This document shows positions 23,137 to 26,353 of a stretch of 26,353 nt of DNA, piece after piece (the first letter of the stretch is position 1; every line of letters begins with the position of its first letter). The translations under genes and the position numbers were made by a program. The notes below the pieces were generated by a model. That model worked only from the letters and a program-made list of their open reading frames with translations. It did no database searches and was not told the origin of the DNA. The DNA lies in assembly GCA_036845085.1 (NCBI GenBank), contig DAIUEN010000004.1, forward strand, positions 1 to 26,353, written 5' to 3'. This DNA comes from Candidatus Nanopusillus sp. (GTDB lineage: Archaea > Nanobdellota > Nanobdellia > Nanobdellales > Nanobdellaceae).

Positions 23137-25752
23137 TCATTTATTTTTAAATATTTCCATATTTTTATCAAAAAAAATTTTGTATGTATATCTGGCAGAG
23201 TATTTATCTAAATATTCATTATAATTACCACATTTTGGAGAATATATACATCTTGGACAGCCATCTAAGCATTTACACTTATATAGAGCTTTCTTGGATT
23301 TTTTTATCAATTTTTCTATATTATCATACAATATTTCAGATAACCCCACTCCAGATTCATAACCTTCATATATAAAAATTGTTGGTTTACCAGTTTGATT
23401 ATGTATAGGATAAGAATATCCACCCAACTCTTTTGAGTCTACGTTTGTAATAATTGGAGATATTTTTATTATGTTATGCTCTATCGCATGTAGTCCAGAT
23501 CTGAATGCTGATTGATAATCTACTAATTTTTTAACTAGAAATATAATTTTTTTGTCTTTTATATTATAAGTTTTATATAGATATTCTTCTATTATTTCTT
23601 TTATCTTTTTGCTTGCCAGTCCTCTATATTTTTCGTAAAAATAGTCTTTGTTTATGGTCAATGAAAAATTCATTAATTCTCCAAAACTTATACTATATTT
23701 ATTTTTTGATAAATGCTCATTGATTTTATTTTTAAAATTTTCTATATATAATTCTTCGACAATCTTTTTGTAATAATCTGGTATAACAATCCATATAGCT
23801 TTTGTATTAAATTCATATATTATAGGATCTTTGTAGTAATTTATATTTTGTATATAAGAGTTTTCATATTTGTATTTTTCTATATATCCTATAAATTCTT
23901 TTTTAACTTTTATAGTTCCTAAAAATATTTCCCAGTCTCCAATTTTCCTATTTTTTTCTATATTCAATATTTTTACATCTTCTAAATATATTGGAGAAGT
24001 TTCTATATTTGATATCTCCGGTCTATAGAATACAAATGTAAACTGATCGAAACTATAATAGTCTATTATCCTTATTGGTTTTCCAGCAGTATAATATACC
24101 ATTCCTGGTAAGAGATATTCGTAAAATGCATATTCATCCATTTCTTCTAATATTTTATTATTTGCTTTCAGTATGTTAATAAATTTTATAATGCTATCTT
24201 TAGTTTTTATTCTCTTTAATATATCTATTTCTTCATTAGTTAAGTCTACAATATAATATATTTTATTTGATATATTTCTTAATCCGCCATATGTTATAGG
24301 TTCAGAAATAGTATAATATTCTTTTCCAAATAGAGGATCTTTAATTTTTTTTATTTGTTTTTCTTCTAGTAATTTATTTAATATTGATTTTTCATATTCT
24401 TCTAGGATATTTTCTTCTATTTTTCCAAATTCGTTTATTAAATATAATAAATGTTTTCTAACTACTTTTTCATTATATAGATTAATTGGAATAGCATCTA
24501 ATTTGTTGTTTTTTATTTTATTAAAGAATTCTTTTATATTTGTGGAATAGTAAAAATCTAGAGCATCTTTTTTGAATATCATTATATTTAATCCTTCAGC
24601 TATTCTACCAGTTCTTCCAAATCTTTGTATTAAAGAAGATATACCATCTCTGGGTATTCCATAATTTACAACACAATCTAAATCTCCAATATCTATTCCG
24701 AGTTCTAAAGCTGATGTAGTTATAAGTATAATATATTCATTATTTTTGAATTTTTTTTCAATTTCTTTTCTTACATCTCTTAAATAACTTGCTTTATATG
24801 TAAATACCTTGTTATTTTTGTCTAAATCGCTTATATCTATTTTAGATAGTTCTACACCTTTCTTAGATTCTAAAAATATTAGTGATTTTATATTATTTTC
24901 TAATAAGACTCTTATAGTCCTTCTTAGTAAATATCTTGGGCTAAGGATTTTAGGATCTACCGTTATAATATATCTTTTATATCTTTTAGAATAATCTTTT
25001 TCTATTAATTCAAAATCTAAGCCAAATAAATCTTTAGCAAATTTTACAGGGTCTTTTAAAGTAGCAGATAGTGATAATATTTTGAATGTATTATTTTTAT
25101 AGAAAAACTTTAGTAGTCTTATTAATCTCCTAAATACATATGCAGAATTAGTTCCAAATATTCCTCTATAAGAATGTAATTCATCTACTACAATTAAGTC
25201 AAGGTTTTTGAAAAAATAAAATAATTTATCATGGTTTTTTAGTAAGTATAAGTGTAAATTATCTACTGTCGTAAAAATTATATTTGGTCTGTCTTTTATT
25301 ATTTTTTCCTTTTCTTTGTATGTTAAATCTCCAAGTATAAATCTTATTTTTATATTTAATTCTGTATTTTCTATCTTTTTTATATCGTTTATTAGTTGGT
25401 CAAATTTTTCATGTTGATCATAAAGTAAGGCTCTTAATGGGTATATTAGTAAAAAAGTTTTGTTTGGATAAGAAAGCAGTTTATCTATTATGTATAATCT
25501 AAAAATTAATGATTTTCCTGAAGCTGTTGGTGTAGTCACTACAACATTTTTATTATTATATAATTTTTCTAGTGCTTCTTTTTGATGTTTATACAATTTT
25601 AAATTAATTTTTTCTAAGAAATCATTTATTACTGGATTTTTGAAATTAAAATTTTCATATATTGGTTCCTTTTCTTTTATTTCGTCAATTCCTATTATGT
25701 ATTCTTGTAATTCATCATATATTTTCTTCTTAAGTTCTTCTATACTATTCAT
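23137..25752 (-). CDS. DEAD/DEAH-box superfamily 2 helicase with C-terminal DUF1998 (MrfA-type zinc-binding) domain
   Basis: Motif I TTPTASGKS, motif II VVDELHSY, motif III SLSATL, motifs V/VI TSALELGIDIG and QRFGRTGR. C-terminal four-Cys cluster CKCLDGCPRCIYSPKCGNYNEYLDK. I prefer ATG 25752 over TTG 25770. Confidence 0.85.
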   Translation of the reverse strand: MNSIEELKKKIYDELQEYIIGIDEIKEKEPIYENFNFKNPVINDFLEKINLKLYKHQKEALEKLYNNKNVVVTTPTASGKSLIFRLYIIDKLLSYPNKTFLLIYPLRALLYDQHEKFDQLINDIKKIENTELNIKIRFILGDLTYKEKEKIIKDRPNIIFTTVDNLHLYLLKNHDKLFYFFKNLDLIVVDELHSYRGIFGTNSAYVFRRLIRLLKFFYKNNTFKILSLSATLKDPVKFAKDLFGLDFELIEKDYSKRYKRYIITVDPKILSPRYLLRRTIRVLLENNIKSLIFLESKKGVELSKIDISDLDKNNKVFTYKASYLRDVRKEIEKKFKNNEYIILITTSALELGIDIGDLDCVVNYGIPRDGISSLIQRFGRTGRIAEGLNIMIFKKDALDFYYSTNIKEFFNKIKNNKLDAIPINLYNEKVVRKHLLYLINEFGKIEENILEEYEKSILNKLLEEKQIKKIKDPLFGKEYYTISEPITYGGLRNISNKIYYIVDLTNEEIDILKRIKTKDSIIKFINILKANNKILEEMDEYAFYEYLLPGMVYYTAGKPIRIIDYYSFDQFTFVFYRPEISNIETSPIYLEDVKILNIEKNRKIGDWEIFLGTIKVKKEFIGYIEKYKYENSYIQNINYYKDPIIYEFNTKAIWIVIPDYYKKIVEELYIENFKNKINEHLSKNKYSISFGELMNFSLTINKDYFYEKYRGLASKKIKEIIEEYLYKTYNIKDKKIIFLVKKLVDYQSAFRSGLHAIEHNIIKISPIITNVDSKELGGYSYPIHNQTGKPTIFIYEGYESGVGLSEILYDNIEKLIKKSKKALYKCKCLDGCPRCIYSPKCGNYNEYLDKYSARYTYKIFFDKNMEIFKNK

Positions 25753-25796
25753 AAATTTAAATTTTATCAAAAAAAGTTAAATAGCTATTATAAATA

Positions 25797-25868
25797 CGCC
25801 GCCGGGGGGATTCGAACCCCCGACCCACCGGTTAACAGCCGGTTGCTCTACCACTGAGCTACGGCGGC
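25797..25868 (-). tRNA. tRNA-Asn (anticodon GUU)
   Basis: Minus strand: GCCGCCG-TA-GCTC-AGTGGTA-GAGC-A-ACCGG-CTGTTAA-CCGGT-GGGTC-GGGGG-TTCGAAT-CCCCC-CGGCGGC-G. This is a perfect cloverleaf. CCA is not encoded. Confidence 0.9.
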
Positions 25869-25985
25869 ATCAATAAAGATATTTCTATACCATTATTTAT
25901 AAACTTTTCATATTTAATTATCGTATAAATAAGTAAAATTTAATTTCTTATAAAATTTATAAAGTTTACTATGTAATACATTCAT

Positions 25986-26353
25986 ATGTTTAGTGTTAAA
26001 AAATCCATATCAAAAATAATTTCTGTAATTTTAGTAGTTTCAATAGTGGTTTTAATATCGGTAGCTGTTTATTTGTTCTTGTTTAATACATCAGGTCAAT
26101 TATCCGTTACGACAACTATAAGGTCTAATATTATTTCTGCAGGAGGGTATCATACATGTGCTCTCAAATCTAATGGTACAGTCTGGTGCTGGGGAAATAA
26201 TTATTACGGTCAACTCGGCGACGGAACATATGTTGATAAAAATATTCCAGTCCAAGTCCTCAACTTAACTAACGTAATACAAATATCTGCAGGAGATGAT
26301 CATACATGTGCTCTCAAATCTAATGGTACAGTCTGGTGCTGGGGAAGGAATTA
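25986..26353 (+). CDS. RCC1-repeat (beta-propeller) surface protein with pilin-like/signal-anchor N-terminus, 5' part only (runs off window end)
   Basis: MFSVKKSISKIISVILVVSIVVLISVAVYLF is followed by two RCC1-type blades (ISAGGYHTCALKSNGTVWCWGNNYYGQLGDG... and ISAGDDHTCALKSNGTVWCWGRN...). It is not in the ORF track because it is truncated by the window end. Confidence 0.8.
   Translation, partial: MFSVKKSISKIISVILVVSIVVLISVAVYLFLFNTSGQLSVTTTIRSNIISAGGYHTCALKSNGTVWCWGNNYYGQLGDGTYVDKNIPVQVLNLTNVIQISAGDDHTCALKSNGTVWCWGRN
26136..26345. repeat. intragenic direct repeat, 150-nt period (RCC1 blades)
   Basis: tctgcagga (26136 and 26286) and the 45-nt run catacatgtgctctcaaatctaatggtacagtctggtgctgggga (26151..26195 and 26301..26345) are identical between the two copies. 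Confidence 0.9.

Overview
This is a very AT-rich, tightly packed archaeal chromosomal segment. Roughly three quarters of it is A+T by eye, and many genes overlap by 1-20 nt. About 35 protein genes are present, nearly all informational or housekeeping. They include RadA, PCNA, a histone, aIF5A, aIF6, ribosomal proteins L3, L15e, LX and S8e, an Sm protein, TyrRS, endonuclease III, SufC, SppA and a phosphohexomutase. There is also a partial archaellum cluster (arlD/E-like, arlF/G-like, arlH, arlI).

Three tRNA genes are strikingly GC-rich: Pro-UGG, Asn-GUU, and Leu-UAA with a canonical bulge-helix-bulge intron. I also found two unannotated compact C/D-box sRNAs by reading the ORF-free gaps. Gene content, scattered ribosomal-protein genes, TATA boxes about 26 nt upstream of ATGs and GC-rich tRNAs in an AT-rich genome suggest a thermophilic, reduced-genome archaeon. 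It looks Nanoarchaeota-like, but that is inference only.

The items most worth a second look:
- A tandem trio of uncharacterised, apparently paralogous proteins at 13.3-16.5 kb. Only the last keeps an HExxH zincin motif, and a PRC-barrel gene plus a C/D sRNA sit inside the cluster.
- An alkyltransferase-like (Cys to Trp) domain fused to endonuclease V, with two metal-site residues substituted.
- A membrane or pilin-like-signal RCC1-repeat protein with perfectly repeated DNA at the window end.
- An archaellum cluster lacking arlJ and archaellin.
- A minimal SufC/SufBD pair.
- A TyrRS gene whose only ATG is one base out of frame.

I saw no CRISPR array, integrase, transposase or recognisable defence system.
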